NCBI RefSeq assembly: GCF_006345805.1
Contig: NC_043000.1
Span: 50,282,001 to 50,346,000, forward strand
Length of the DNA: 64,000 nucleotides
Source: Octopus sinensis
Taxonomy: Eukaryota
Direction of reading: 5' to 3'
Part shown: positions 12,111-27,249 of the stretch, piece by piece
Layout: each line of letters begins with the position of its first letter
Position numbering within the stretch: position 1 is the first letter of the stretch
Notes under the pieces: generated by a model
The model's input: the letters and a program-made list of their open reading frames with translations, nothing else
What the model was told of the DNA's origin: nothing
The model's database searches: none
Made by a program: the position numbers and the translations under genes

Positions 12111-13219
12111 ATGTTCCCTTTTAATGCTGGCATGGGTTAGGGTGGTTTCACAAGGAACTGGTGAGCCAAAGTGTCATCTTAGGCATGATTTCTATCGTAA
12201 GATGCACTTTCAAATGCCAGCCACTTTACAGAGTGTATTGGGCACTTCTTCATGCTACCAGCACTAGTGAGGTTGCCATGCAACTTGCAAGACAGAAAAA
12301 AGAGCAGAGTAGGAGGAGAAGAAAAGCTCCACTACTAAAAAGAAGTATTTGAGAGGGGAAGTTGGGGATTAGTGCTAGATATCAAAAAGATTAAATCTTT
12401 TATTTGTCTCAGTCATTTGATTGTGGCCATGCTGGAACACCACCTTGAAGGATTTTAGTTGAACAAATTGCCCCCATTATTTATATTTTATGCCTAGTAT
12501 ATCAGTTTTTATGCCAGCCACTAAGTCACAGGGATGTAAACACACCAACACTGGTTGTCAAGTGGTGATGGGAGACAAGCACAAACACAAACACATATAA
12601 ATATATATATGTGTGTTTGAGTGGTGAGTTTCTTGCAGTTTCTGTCTACCAAATCCACTCACAAGGCTTTGTTTTGCCTGAAGCTGTAGTGGAAGACACT
12701 TACCCAAAGTGCCACACTGTTGGACTGAACCTGGAACCATGTGGTTTGGAAGCAAGCTTCGTACCACACAGCCACTAACAAAATTTCAAAACTGAACCTG
12801 TTGATGTTTCAAAAGTGATTTCATTTGAGATTGTGTTTCAAATTGGGACAGTTACAACATGGACCTGCCAGGTTAGGTACTTCAGAAAAATACAAAATCT
12901 GTTATTTTCTCTTTTCATTATTTTGTGAGGTGAAAATTTTGACGACACTAGAAATAAATGAACATATTTTGTATGTTCGTAAAATGGCTAAGATAACTCC
13001 TCCATAATGTGATAAAAATGTTACTGCATGAAAGGAGGATACACACACATACATAGATATGCGTATCTATATCCAGTATCTAAATATACTGGTTATAACT
13101 TGATTACATGATATATCACTTTGTTCTTTTATTCAATATTGAAGTATCTTTGTAATATCAGAGACTGTATGACATTTTATGAATGGTTTTTAAAATAACA
13201 GCTGCATTACCTGCAGCTG

Positions 13220-13259
<40 letters not shown>

Positions 13260-13782
13260 TTTTTATTCTTTTTGTTTTGCTGTTAATTTGCATCTAATCA
13301 AGTGCTTTCTTTTTGTTTCCGTTATCTGAGTGTTCTTATCAATAGTTTTCTGCTTCATACTTGAACTTTCGTTTGAAGATTCGACTCTAGAAACTTGAAA
13401 TTATGAACTGTAGAGATCTGATAGGGTTGAAGGGTGCATATGATGCATAATGGTGATGAACAGCAGAATAGCAATGACGGTACAGTAGACAGGAGAACGA
13501 TGAGTGAGCACGAGATGATATGTAGTTGGAGAGGTTGCCAGAGTGTGGGAGGAGGAGAAGATATATATATATATATATATATAGGGCATGGGTAGAGTGA
13601 GAGACAATTTGGTGGCTCAGGGAAGAGATCAATGTAAAATGAGAGTGGAGAGGATAGTATAAGAATTAAGTAAAATGGTTCAGAGCAGTGAGAAAGATTA
13701 GTGGTATCAAGGAAAAACCGCCATCAGAGAGAAGGATGGTTGACATACTTTTAGATGGAAACTGGGTGAAAGACCCAGTTGT

Positions 13783-13832
<50 letters not shown>

Positions 13833-15749
13833 CCACTGTACTTACACAACCTAGTTTTGCCCATTTGAGTACATCTTGTCAATAAGCAAATATTCCTGGA
13901 TATCCCAGTCCTTTGTCATGTCCAAAACCTTTAGATCATTTCACCACTTCATCCCATATCTTCTTAGGTTTCTCTCTTACAGAAACTCCATCCACATTAA
14001 GTGATCAGTACATCACATACTTATACCAGTGCAGCCATCTTTTTTGCACCCTATATCTGATTCCTCTTTATCCCAGCTTTTTCCTCAACACATTTGAAAA
14101 GTGTTGTTCATGCACTCTTATTTCATATATCCAATGGAGCATGCTCACTTCTTTCTTTACACTTTTCTCAAGTACTCTGTATGCAAGGTCCATATCTTAC
14201 TATCATGCAGTATTAGCACAGCCATTGTACAATCTACCCCTAATGCTGAGAGAGAAGATGCTTCTTTTGCATTAAAATGGTGTCTCAAATAATACCAAGA
14301 ATAAAAGACTTGCATGGAATTAAGAACACTAAGCAAATAAATAAATACTATATATATATATATATATATACTAAATGTTTCATGACACCCTTAAAGCCAG
14401 AAACTTTTCAGCATCCCCGTGTATAAGCATCTGCCTGACTCTAGATTCATTTGCTTCACCCCAGATCTGATCAGAGTTAAATTCTTCCAGAAGAGGAGAA
14501 AGAGACAAACAGAAAGCAAGTGTTAGGGGCAGGGAAGAACTGAACCCAGTACAGGACTGGTTTGATATTTATTGACCCGGAGATTATGAAAGCTAATAAA
14601 ACTGAAATTAATGAGACTGGAACTCAGAGTACAGAACAATCACTGCAAAACAATCTGTCTAATACTCAAACTACTTTGTCTAATAATTGCCACATGGAGA
14701 GAGAGAAGAAGAGAAAGGGGAAGAGAGAGGAAGAGAGGCAGAAACAGAGTCAGACAGATAGAGAAAGAAAGAGAGATATTATGTATGTATATATACATAT
14801 ATAAATGTATGTAGATATGTATGCACAATATATGTGTGTGTGTGTATATAAATAATATATGTGTGTATATATATATAAAACATTGTCGCCAAACTATGAT
14901 ATGTCTATTGCTATCAGCAAAGATCTTCCTGATACTGTTTAAACATAGGATTATCTAAATCAGATAATCTCCCCCATTACTTATGAGTCACTAAACAAAC
15001 AGAACCACCAGGCCAAAAACTCTTTAGCAGACAAAAAAAGAAAAAAAACAACAGATAAGAACATATAAAAAGTAATGCCACAAAAGCAATAAATACAGAG
15101 CTAATTATTCTTTAACGATATATCTTGAAAACATGAAAGCGATCTAAGTCTTGAAATCCAATTATCTATCAAAAACCATTTCTGCAGATGATTCCGAATT
15201 GGCCAATCAGATGGCAATACTTTCCATGTAGTGCACAGCAATCCTACCTTATGATTCCACTCACCAATAATCACTTACATTCTGTTAAACCCACTACAAC
15301 TATTACTTACTTAAGTCCTTTGTTCCCATTGGATCATAGGCCATCAACATCTCTTCTCTACTATTCTCAATACTTTCCTGTTTCTTCCCAGTTGGATCTT
15401 TGTTTAATATTCCTCCCTGAAGGAAGGCCTTCCTCTCACACATCTTGTTACTTTTGAATTGTCACTGATGCTTCTGTAACTTTGTGTCTTTTGTTTTTCT
15501 TTTTTTTAATAGTCAGGCATCTTAGCCCTATGCAAATCCATTTTTTTCTCTGGGAAGAGGTGGTCTATATTAGTCTGAGTCCTACCAAGATCTTGCATTC
15601 CACTGGCATAGCTCTCAGGGTCATTGAGACATACAAACCACTTCACTGTAACAAGGAGTGAACTTGAAGTAGACTTCAATTATCCCTAAATCCTTAAATG
15701 GATGAAATAAAATGACATACATGATCATTAACCAACTATAAGCATTTTA

Positions 15750-18240
15750 AAATCAAGTTAATAAATATAGGAAGTCTTAAACGCAATACAGGAAGATTTC
15801 ACCAACTTATACTCAACGACGAAATGATAAATTTAGGCAATAATTATAACTGAAACTTTCTTTCAGTCAGTAATTTCTTGTAAAGCTGACTGTATTATAA
15901 TTCCAAGAGATCCTATGTTGAATGACCTAATTTGTGTAGGGGAGCTTGGAAGGGCATTGTTACTATATCTGGAAAATATCACCATCAACCATCATTCTAG
16001 ATGAAACTTATTTTAGAAGGCCCACTTTTACCCTCTAGTCTCAGAACGTGGTCTCAGAACTGTTTACGTAGTACCCAGAACTAATCATCTGTATCTGATC
16101 TTTTCCTAAAGATGAGTGTGTTTTCTACAGAATATGTCAAGCTTGTAGGAAATTTTACAGTTCATTATAGAAGACACTCTTGATAACCAAACAACAATCA
16201 CTATTGGTTGTTGGACCCTACAACTCATCAGCTAACCATATCCAAAAGTGAAGGCAATAACCCTGGCCTTGTTCTAATAAGTTTACCTGCAGTTATCACT
16301 TCTCTCATTTAAACATACTAATAACATGCACTGGTAAAACTGAATATTGATATACACCAGAACAAACCCTTAAAGAGAGCAGCTTGTACTACAAGAGAAA
16401 AAAACAGTTAGAACATGTGATTCCACCTTAAATTAATTAACTAGACTAATATTTTCTATGAAAATGATGCAGAGAAAATCTGAACTGGGGATTCAGCAAC
16501 TATTAGAAATGCATTGACATCATTATCCTAAACTCATTGTTTACTAAATGTTACCAACTCATTGTTATGAAACTCATTGTTTACCAGTTTAGTTCAATGA
16601 AAAATTCAGTAGAGTTTCCGGAAGGAAACATTGTCTAGTTCATAAAATTGTAAGGAATAATATTCCAGAAAACAACCAAAGTTTACCAAAGAAAGACATA
16701 ACAGCAATTTAGACAAAAATAAAACACTATATCAGACAGTGAAAAGACTTTATAAGTTTCAACATCAGCAGCCAAAACTGGTGACACATTGCAAAGTGTC
16801 TTCTTGGAATAATATGCCTCTTCTGTATTTCAATCATAAAATTTGACACAGCTGTACACTTAGTGACAGAATAAGGCAGAGCCAATGACTTTTTCAAGCT
16901 GTGGTGGAAAAGTGCACATATCAAATAAGATGACCACTCATTAATCGTCAAGCTATCTTCTAAGTGAATGCTACGTATTGTGCTTTAATTTCATTGTATT
17001 TCTTAACCAATGGAAATCACCTCTATGATATACAAAAGGGAATCCAGAACCAATCCATCAAACTACTGATTTGTATCATTACTCATCATCATCAGAATAG
17101 TAATGAAATAAACAAGTACTATGTTACCTGTTGAAAAATTAACACATCACAAGAATAAAATTTGGCTTCTGATTAAACCACAACACAGTAGTTCTAGTAA
17201 CTATCCTCTAATATATATGGAACAATTAACTGGACATTGGCCAGAAAGTATCAAAGGATTCTGCTCCATCAAAGTGACCCTTTCAAATTAATCTTGTGAT
17301 CTGTCATACATCAAAGCATCAACCCCATAAAACTTAACACTTAGATTGCTTCTGTTCGCAGTTTTCGTATATAATCTAGTCAATTACCATAAAAATAAGC
17401 CACACCTCTATGCTGATGACTCCATGCTGTCTTCATTACTAGATCACTGAGCATAAGTGACTCTGCATTAACCAACTTGAATAGAAATTTTGTCAAACTG
17501 AAAGTTTTGGAGGATGAATTCTAAGGTAAAATTTGAGCCTGAGCCATAAAAGCACAAGGCTATGGTTTTATTAGGGACAAGAATTCCATTAAATCTTGTC
17601 CTATATTTTCTGAATTGTTAGCTACATATGAAAAAAAAATACAATTTGTCACTGTAAGTAACCATAAACAGTAAACTAGTATAGGTAAAATTTAGCTGCA
17701 TCATATGTGAATGCTTTTTGTTCCTTCTCAAGCCACACCTGACTCATAAGGGCCAGTTTCCCGGTTTCTTTGGCTTATAGGTTCCTCACATGGACGGGAC
17801 GCCAGTCCATCAGGTGAGCTGCAAGATGCAGGAGGGAAGAGTGAGAGAAAGTTGTGGCGAAAGAGTCAGCAGAAGTTCGCCATTACCTTCTGCCGGAGTC
17901 ATATGAAGCTTAGGTGTTTCACTCATAAAAACACATCACCCGGTCTAAGATTCGAACCTGTGATTCCTCAACCGCAATTCTGATGCTCTAACCACTAGGT
18001 CATGTGCCTCCACATATGTGAATTCTTAGGAAACTGAAGGAGACAACAAAATCACAACCAAGCTGCCTGATTCTTTTAGACATACATGTTTAAAGAAATA
18101 TGGTATATCCTGCCTTTCTTGGATGACTTATTTCAGTAGCATATTTGGCAAACTCAACTCAGTCCAAAAGAAATGTCTCAAGACTATCACAGTTAGTTGA
18201 TCAGACACTGCCAGACATTTAGCCATCAAAGCTATGACTG
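15750..18240 (+). pseudogene. Highly eroded CR1/Jockey-like LINE ORF2 (endonuclease and reverse transcriptase relic), interrupted by a SINE
   Basis: INIGSLKRN at about 15760 and IIITETF at about 15840-15860 resemble the endonuclease N-terminus. YADD lies at 17409-17420 and KLNSVQKKCLKTI at about 18148-18186. There are many stops and frameshifts. Confidence 0.65.
17713..18012 (-). mobile_element. Full-length tRNA-derived SINE with an 11-bp TSD
   Basis: TSD catatgtgaat at 17702-17712 and 18013-18023. Pol III A/B-box-like head (tagtggttagagc...ggttcgaatc on the minus strand). Confidence 0.85.
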
Positions 18241-18304
18241 GACCCTCTCAGTAAACAAAATACAAGCTTCAAACAGATAGAATGCACAAATCCCTTTCAC
18301 CTTC

Positions 18305-18380
<76 letters not shown>

Positions 18381-18383
18381 ATA

Positions 18384-18416
<33 letters not shown>

Positions 18417-18539
18417 CATTATTATATTTATGTTTGGAGGAATTATACCAAATAAATTCAAATTTACATAAAGAATATAATTTATCAGAAAAATAAATAT
18501 GACATAAATACATTGAATCATTCTACAGTTCTTCTATAA

Positions 18540-18570
<31 letters not shown>

Positions 18571-19979
18571 GTAGCAGCAGCAGCAGCATCGTCATCATCA
18601 GTTAATGTCTGTTTTCCATGCTGGCATGGCTTGGACTGTTTGACAAGAGGTGGCATGGTTTCTATGGGTGGATGCCCTTCCTTATGCCAATTCTTCTATA
18701 ATTATATATATATATACATATATACACACACACATGGATATAGATAGGTGTAGAGTGCATATTTTTTAAAAACCTTTGCTTAGGAAAATGAGTGTGTGTG
18801 TGTGTGGGTGTGTATGTATTGTTCTTTATAAAGAGTACTGTTTGCTTAACCCTGAAAAATTTGAAATTCTTAAGAACTCTGTGACTTGTAAACTATATAT
18901 ATATATATATATATAACATTTAACTTCATTCAACCAGTACACATGTGATAATATCTTATCATGACTCTAATATGATCACTAATGACTTATAGATAATACA
19001 GGAAGATTTTCTGATTCTGATTATCCTAAGCTTAAGCAGTATCATGACAATCTTTGCTGATAGGTATAGAATATGTCATAGTTTGCCAATTATTTGATAT
19101 ATTTATGTTGAATAGACCCCATATGTGATCTGGCCAAGATTATTCCAAGAGTGTTATGGAGACTTTGGATAATTTTCAAAGAAATCCTTTCCTATCTCTT
19201 ATACTTTTAATAATTCCATAAATCACAAGAATTTATCTGATTACTAACTTAGTTTAGAATGAAAATATCTTAATAATTTATTATATCATAAATTTGAAAG
19301 TCTTCTTTTACTTAATACATATCTAAAGAATCAGAACTTTTATATAACAGAAACTAAGTTAATATACTTTCTCAACAATCTAGAAAAATAGCCAGCAGTT
19401 ACTGACTTCTTGCTAATGTTTAGCTAGAAGTAATTCAGAATTCCTCAGACACTTGATTTATTCTGCTACTCTTTTATAATAATAACTAGAGTTAATTTTA
19501 TTGTTTTGTGGAGGAATAATGTCAGCCCTGTCATTTCTGTAACCTAGACGATTGATACTCTTCTACTGTGTATGAGCTTAATTAAGAAAGAGATACTTTA
19601 CATTCTTTTATTTACTATCATATACAGCAAGTAGAGGCAAAATAGCTGAATAGATAATTGGAGTTCCAGCTCAAAGGTTAGAAATGAATACCCGCTGTTT
19701 GCTTTTCATTTAAATTTTGTACAAAATACGTAATTCTACATTGCTTTAGTTTCTAACTAGAGAATAAGCGAGATGCTATATCTAAGAAAAGTTCCTACAA
19801 TTCATTAGCATATTACCCATGAGGTAATACTTCTCTCTTATCCAATGTATCTATTTATAGAAATTACACTAGATAACTAGAGCACACACTGTAAAGTGGT
19901 TGAAGTTAAGAAGGGCATCCATCTGCAGAAACCCTGCAAAAGCAGATGTTGAAGCACAATGCAGTCTTTGACTCATTGG

Positions 19980-20200
19980 ACAGAAACGTTAGCACACCGA
20001 GTGAAATGCTTAGCGACATTTCGTCTGCCGTTACGTTCTGAGTTCAAATTCCGCCAAGGTCGACTTTGCCTTTCGTCCATTCAGGGTCGATTAAGTAAGT
20101 ACCAGTTATGTACTGGGGTCGATGTAATCGACTTAATCCATTTGTCTGTCCTTCTTTGTCCCCTCTGTGTGTAGCCCCTTGTGGGCAGTAAAGAAATAGG
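19980..20200 (+). mobile_element. SINE of the 1684 family
   Basis: Near full-length match to 1684-1915. Further copies at about 24190, 53560, 55700(-), 58485, 60690, 61925 and 62900(-). Confidence 0.8.
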
Positions 20201-22046
20201 AACCTTGTCAAGGCATGGAATATGGATGTTAAATGCTGATAATGATGCTGATGATGATGGTAATGATGATGATGGTGATGGTGGTGGTAGTAGGGGGTGA
20301 TGGGGGGGTGATGATGATGATGATGGTGATGACGATGATGATGTTTACTCCTGAACTGACCTTATAGATGTTCAAAGATTTTGAAAGGATTACTCTTAGT
20401 TAAATGCATATTTTAAATACTTTGCTTTTATCTATAATAACCTTGGCATTTAAAAACGATATACTCTTAACCAAAGAAAAATAACTAATTTAAAATGAGA
20501 CTACCATCTTGCTACTGTCTAGCTAGAAGTAAATTCAGATTTTCTCAGATATTTCAATTATTTATTCTGCTCTGTCTGTTATATTAACATTAGTTAATTT
20601 CATTGTTTCTTAAAGGAATAATGTCAGTCCTGTTTTTATTTATAAGCGATTTGACATTTAAAATTGACCTGGTTATAGCCAAAAGAAGAATATGTTAAAA
20701 TGAGACAGTTACCGAAACCATAAAAGTTATAGCTTATTTACATAGTTTTGTTTCATCTATTTATTGTATATTGTCTTGGTGACATGATAGGAAAATGTTC
20801 TTGTCCTTTATGTTCTCCTCTGGCATTTTTATTTTTGTTTTCTTTTTTTAATTTATTTCTCACAAGAAGAATATATCCACCAAAAATATTTACTCTTCTG
20901 AACTGTTTGATATTTTTCAAAGGTATGGATGGTGGATGTATATGGAGAGAAACTCAACACTAAGAACTTAAAGAATTAAAGTAAAAATACTATAAAATGA
21001 AAACCAATATTCCTATATGAAACAGAAAATAGATGAGATTATCTAAAATTAGTCCTTAGTTTCTTCTGAGATGGTGACAATTTTGATAAAAGCAAGATTA
21101 AACTGAGAAACAGAGATAAATGTTTTATTTATTTTTATCTTTGTTTATAACATCAGCAGTTATTTTTGAATCAGATGAGTATTTGTCTGGATCTTAAAAT
21201 AGTAGGAATATAACAGATTTTAGAATAATTACATAGAGAAGACAGATGTAATTTAAGATACCAAATATCCTCTTTTTTAAACCTTTTCCTGGTGGTTCAT
21301 TAAGCAACCAGCAAAGAGTTATTGGGTATGATTACTGAATATGTGATGCCTACACTCAAGGAATTTATAAAGAATAGACACAAATTTGTTCTCTAGTGAA
21401 TTATCATGACCAGACTTGCTCCATTATTTTTTCAATCGACTGGCCTTCTTATCCAAAATTTCGAGCCTTGTACCCAAAGTAAAATAGATTATTTTTTAGT
21501 AAAAATCTGATTTAATCTGAATAAACCTGTTTTATTAAATAATTTTTAAAGAAGGGAATATATTTCTTTAGTATTACATCATTTATTTTTTTTTGGTACA
21601 TTTAAAAAAAAAATTCAGCTGTTTGTTGCCATTAAAGATAAAGCTGTCAGCTAAGCTAACAACAGTTAAAGGTTTAAACCTTAATTATGATCTGTTTTCT
21701 TCCTTGAGGACAATAGAGAAAGTGAGATATCATTAATGATTACACATTTGTTTTTAGGTAATATATTAATATCAGGGTAGGGAATAATAATGCTGACAGA
21801 AGCTGCACTCAAAGGCTTGAAATAGAATTTGGTTGTATAATTAAACATAATAAAGTTTAACATTTTGTAAAAAAAAAATGGAAAACAATTTAGGGCTTTT
21901 AACCATTAAAAATAAATTACTGATTAATTTCCACTTTGTCTCACTGTCTATTAATTAGCAAAAATGAAAAAAAAAATTATGAACAATTGGATATTACTAG
22001 AAATCATCTTGATCGTTTTACAAACAATAATAATGATAGTAGTAGT

Positions 22047-22089
<43 letters not shown>

Positions 22090-23616
22090 CAGCAGCAGCA
22101 GCAGCAGCAGCAATGATGACAACGATGATGGCAATGTCTTTTTATATTTGCTACAGGGATGTCACATGAGAGGACATTATAAACACAGGTTTCAATTTGT
22201 GTGGGCATTTACATAAAACTGGGTGAGTGCCTCAATTTAAGAAAGAAAACAGTATTTTTCTCTTTTTTTCTTACTTGTTTCAGTCATATGACTGTGACCA
22301 TGCTGGAGCACCACCTTTAGTCAAGCAAATCAACCCTAGGGCTTATTCTTTGTAAGCCTAGTACTTATTCTATCAGTCTCATTTGCCAAACTGCTAAGTT
22401 ACGGGGACGTAAGCACACCAGCATCAGTTGTCAAGCGATGCTGGGGGGGGGGGAACACAGACACACAAGCACGCACTCATATACATACATATACATATAT
22501 ACAACAGGCTTGTTTCAGTTTCTTTCAACCAAATCCACTCACAAGGCATTGATCGGCCTGAGGCTATTGTAGAAGACACTTGCCCAAGGTGCCATGCAGT
22601 GGGACTGAACCTGGAACCACGTGGTTCGTAAGCAAGCTACTTAGCACACAGCCACTCCTACGCCTATGTATTTAGATCATTGTTGCTCAAACTGATGCTT
22701 CTTGTATCATTTAAATGAAACTTTTAGCAGCTAATTCAAATAGCTATTTCTCATGAAATGAAAGAAAAAGCATTTAGCCAATCTAGAGTTCTTTTGTTAT
22801 ACTGAGCATCAGTCAAATAACCTATCCTGCTTACAGTATGTGGCTGACAAAATTGAACCATAAGACTGTACAGGTACAAATAGTATAAACAAATTATAGT
22901 ACCTACTTTGATAGTATGGAAGAAAAGGCTCTCAGTGGATTACTCAGTAACATAGTCATCTTGTAAGCATTGTATTCATAGTTCTGATTTCCTCAGTAGG
23001 CTTGTTGCATCTTTTTTCTTTTCCCCACATTGAGTACTCATAATGTCTAATATCATTTACATTAAAATATCTGCAGTTAATTGATTAAAAAAAATGTTTT
23101 TGTGACCTCATTCAGTCAAAATAGATTAGGACCAACACTGTTCTAATATAAATATCAAATGCTTTTTCCTCTTCATATCAAACAAGACAGTCATGTTACA
23201 GCTATCAAGAACATTGTCATCAAAGGGGAAGATAAATGGAACATGTAGTATTCGTTTGAAATATAGCAATTAATTTGTTTATACTTGATTCATTGCTTTT
23301 TCAACCAATTGGATTAATGATTTAGTTCAATGGTTATAATGTTAGAAATAGTGTAGGTACTATATTACCGAATATTTGATTGAACTGATTCCAAAGAATG
23401 TTGTTCTTTTCTTTTTTATTTTTGTCTATTTAATGTCATATTAGTATGAAAGAAACAGCTAAATATTTCATTAACTGCAACAGTTAAAAACATATTAAGT
23501 GCACACATAGTTAATATGTTTTACATCTGTTTCATATACATACACATAAACATATATATGTATATATATATATTTTTTTTTATATATATATATGTATGTA
23601 TATGCATATATGTATA

Positions 23617-23670
<54 letters not shown>

Positions 23671-24654
23671 GCATATTAAAACACTTGTAAAACATATTAT
23701 GTATGTATGGGTATTTGTGTAGTTTTATATATATATTATATATATATATAATGTGTATATGGGTTTGTAAAACATTTTGCATTGACCTGTTCTGTACTAC
23801 TAATATCATTCTTAAACAGATCAGGAAATCCATATGTAGATATTCTGTTCCATATGGTTGGCTGTTGTGCAATTTACCTTCTATAGAGGCTAATGGCTCC
23901 TGAATTGCTTCAACTGAAGCTTATTCACATGCTGTATTGCAAAGATACTTCTCAAAGAAAAGTTTATGAAGAAGCAAATTATTAGAGAATACATGGATTA
24001 TGAAAGTGTGATGAAGTATTGATTCCTTATATGAGAAGCCATAAACTTGTAATCTCTCGGGTTGATTTTGCTTAAGACCAAATATTTCAAGCTAGAACTG
24101 GACAAAAATAGATTACTGTTATTGCTGCTGATGTTGATGTTGTTTTTGTAGTTGTTTTTGTTGTTGTTGTTGTTGTTGCTGTTTTTGTTGTTAGGGCAGT
24201 GGATCGGCAGAATTGCTACAACATTGGAAGAAATGCCCTGTGGTATTGCTTCTAGCTCTTTTACTTCTAAGTTGAAATCCCTCCAAGGTTAACTATGCAT
24301 TTCATTCTTCTAGTGTTGATAAGATAAAGTATACCAGTCAACTATTGGGATCAATATAATATAAATGTTACCTCCCTCTCCTTCACCACAATTTCCTGGC
24401 CTTGTACACATATTAGAAACAATTATCATCATCATCATCGTCAGCAGCTACAATTCAAGAATTTGGACCTGGAGACCTTCATTTCCAGTAACTTCGAGGG
24501 CCACCTCCCAGTGGTGTCGGGCGTCAACAAAGAGCCCTCGACTACAACAAGACAACCAAAGTTCTTTTTATAATAATTTTTTTTTCAAGGTCTGGGGTCT
24601 TCCGCCCCTAAACCCTAGACCATCACCTAATCACCCTTACCCATCTTGTTGCTT

Positions 24655-24730
<76 letters not shown>

Positions 24731-24762
24731 GCAGCAGCAGCAGCAGTAGTAGAGGTGGTGGT
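24655..24762. repeat. Compound (AAC)n(CAG)n microsatellite
   Basis: Direct reading. Similar compound tracts: (TAG)n(CAG)n at 22038-22112, (CTA)n at 1478-1535, and (GATA)n(GACA)n at 38405-38520. Confidence 0.95.
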
Positions 24763-25271
24763 AGTCAATTGTCTTATAATATTAATTTCATAAATTTTGT
24801 CTGAAAGTTAATCAACTGATACTCTGCTGCTGAAATATCTGTGGGCAATTAATGTGTTTATAGTAATATTGAAGTAGAAGTTAATAAGGTACACTAGCAC
24901 ACTTTATAATTTTGCTTTTCACTGATTGGTAACAATCATTATTTCATAGAAATCACGACCAGATGGCAGACATAACAATTTTAAGTATAGCAGAAATGTT
25001 AAGTATGTTACGTGTTTGTGTGTGTGTATACAAACACACTCACACAACGCAGATATATAAATATTTCATGAGTAACATAATACATAAAGTTACTTACTCT
25101 CATTCTCAACATATGAGTACACAAATATTGTACGCAATATTTATGTGTCTATATGCATATGCATATGTATGTATATAATGTATGTATATGTATGTAATGT
25201 ACGTATGCATGTATGTATTTTTATGCATATGTGTATACATATATGTGTATATATATATATATATATACATA

Positions 25272-25400
25272 GGTGCAGGAGTGGCTGTGTGGGTTCAGTC
25301 CCACTGCGTGGCACCTTGGGCAAATTTCTTCTACCATAGCCTCGGGCCAACCAAAGCTTTGGGAGTGGATTTGGTAAACAGAAACTGAAAGAAGCCCATC

Positions 25401-25438
<38 letters not shown>

Positions 25439-25618
25439 ATATGTTTGTGTGTTTGTGTTTGCCCCCACCAACACCGCTTGACAACCGATGATGGTGTGTT
25501 TACGTCACTGTAACTTAGCAGTTCAGCAAAGAATAAGTCCTAGGATTGATTTGCTCAACTAAAGGCGGTGCTCCAGCTTGGCTGCAGTCAACTGACAAAC
25601 AAATAAAAGAATAAAAGA

Positions 25619-25620
<2 letters not shown>
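25272..25620 (+). mobile_element. CORE-like tRNA SINE with an internal (TA/TG)n microsatellite
   Basis: ggagtggctgtgtgg...ggttcagtcccactgcgtggcaccttgggcaa... with an (AATAAAAG)-like tail. The ccttgggcaag motif is CORE-like. Confidence 0.75.
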
Positions 25621-25657
<37 letters not shown>

Positions 25658-25721
25658 CATATATATACACATATATATGTAGACTTATATATATATATAC
25701 ATGTATATATATTTAATATAT

Positions 25722-25768
<47 letters not shown>

Positions 25769-26186
25769 CAAATGAAAGACAGAAGAGGAAATATACAAGA
25801 ATATATTATTAACCACAACAATTGTTTTGACACATTTAGCATCAATTCCTCTTGTGGAACACTCAACAACTGGTTCTGGCATATCCGTTGGTGCAGATGT
25901 ATCTTGTCAGGTGATAAATAAATTAAAAAAACCTTATTAAAGTGACTGTTCCACAATCCAACTTTCTGTTTTGTAGAGAGTAACACAGCCAGAAGGAGGA
26001 AAATTCTTCATATATATATAGAAGGTCCAAAAATATTATTTTATATTCCATCTTCTGTCTTTCATATGTTATTTACCTAATGATCACTCTGAAAGTGACC
26101 GTGCTTTACCACGAAGTTACCAGGTGTGAACCATTCATTTAATATACATATATATATATATACATACATAAAAAAAAAAATATATA

Positions 26187-26255
<69 letters not shown>

Positions 26256-26266
26256 ATATATTTAAA

Positions 26267-26339
<73 letters not shown>

Positions 26340-26762
26340 AAATCCAAATTGAGGGAGTAGAGCAGGTAAAATCCAGGCTACATATGTATATGTTTCCTAG
26401 CTAGCAGATCCTCTGATGTTATAATTACTCAGTGAAGGCTACTCCGCAAGCAACTCATCAGGCCAAAGATTCCTTAGTTAAATGAAGGTTACATTGTCAT
26501 CAAAGAATCCCAATAACTGTGAGCTATAAAAGATATTTTTCAGCTTATCGAACTTCAATATAGGAAAAGCCCACAACCTTTGATGCCAATAAATCACTAT
26601 TGTTCCTGAGCATTGTTTTTTTATGCCCACCATGAATGCGTGAAGCTTACAAAATCCGTATACATAGATCCTTGGATCTTATAGATACATAGAGCTATGA
26701 ATATGTATTTATGTATATACATATATATATATATATTATATATATAATATATATATATATAT

Positions 26763-26795
<33 letters not shown>

Positions 26796-27249
26796 GTATA
26801 TATATATAATATATGTATATATATATATATATATTATATATAATATATATATATATGTATATATATATGTATGTATGTATATGTATATACATGCTTATAC
26901 AGACAGAGCAAAAGATGAATGACAAAATGTAGGAAATTGATAGTAAAAAGTTTACAAATCATAAACACCCTAAGAAAATGCTATAGGATGTTATATAAAA
27001 TCTTGGAAAGATCAGTCCCTCAGAACTGACAACATAGCATCAAGAGGCATAGTATAATATGGTGCAGATTCATCAAACCAATATATTACTATTCACAGAT
27101 TTTCATCATTCTAATGTTGATAAAATAGTTAACAGTTATATAAGGAGGAAGATTACAAGTGCTTGAATCCAAGTCAATATTTTTATGGTCAACTAGCCCC
27201 ATGCTTTGTATTCAAGCATATTGTTGCTGTTGTTGTTGTTGTTGTTAGT

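Noticed and set aside
14380-14660. Protein-like frames near 14440-14690
   Set aside because: There is no coherent acceptor-donor pair, and part of the region resembles a mariner-type terminal sequence.
25800-25910. Exon-like segment open on both strands (DTSAPTDMPEPVVECSTRG... or ASIPLVEHSTTGSG...)
   Set aside because: Splice sites are weak and the strand is unresolvable without transcript data.
26438-26462. Minus-strand CUGAUGA followed by a hairpin
   Set aside because: No GAAA follows stem II.
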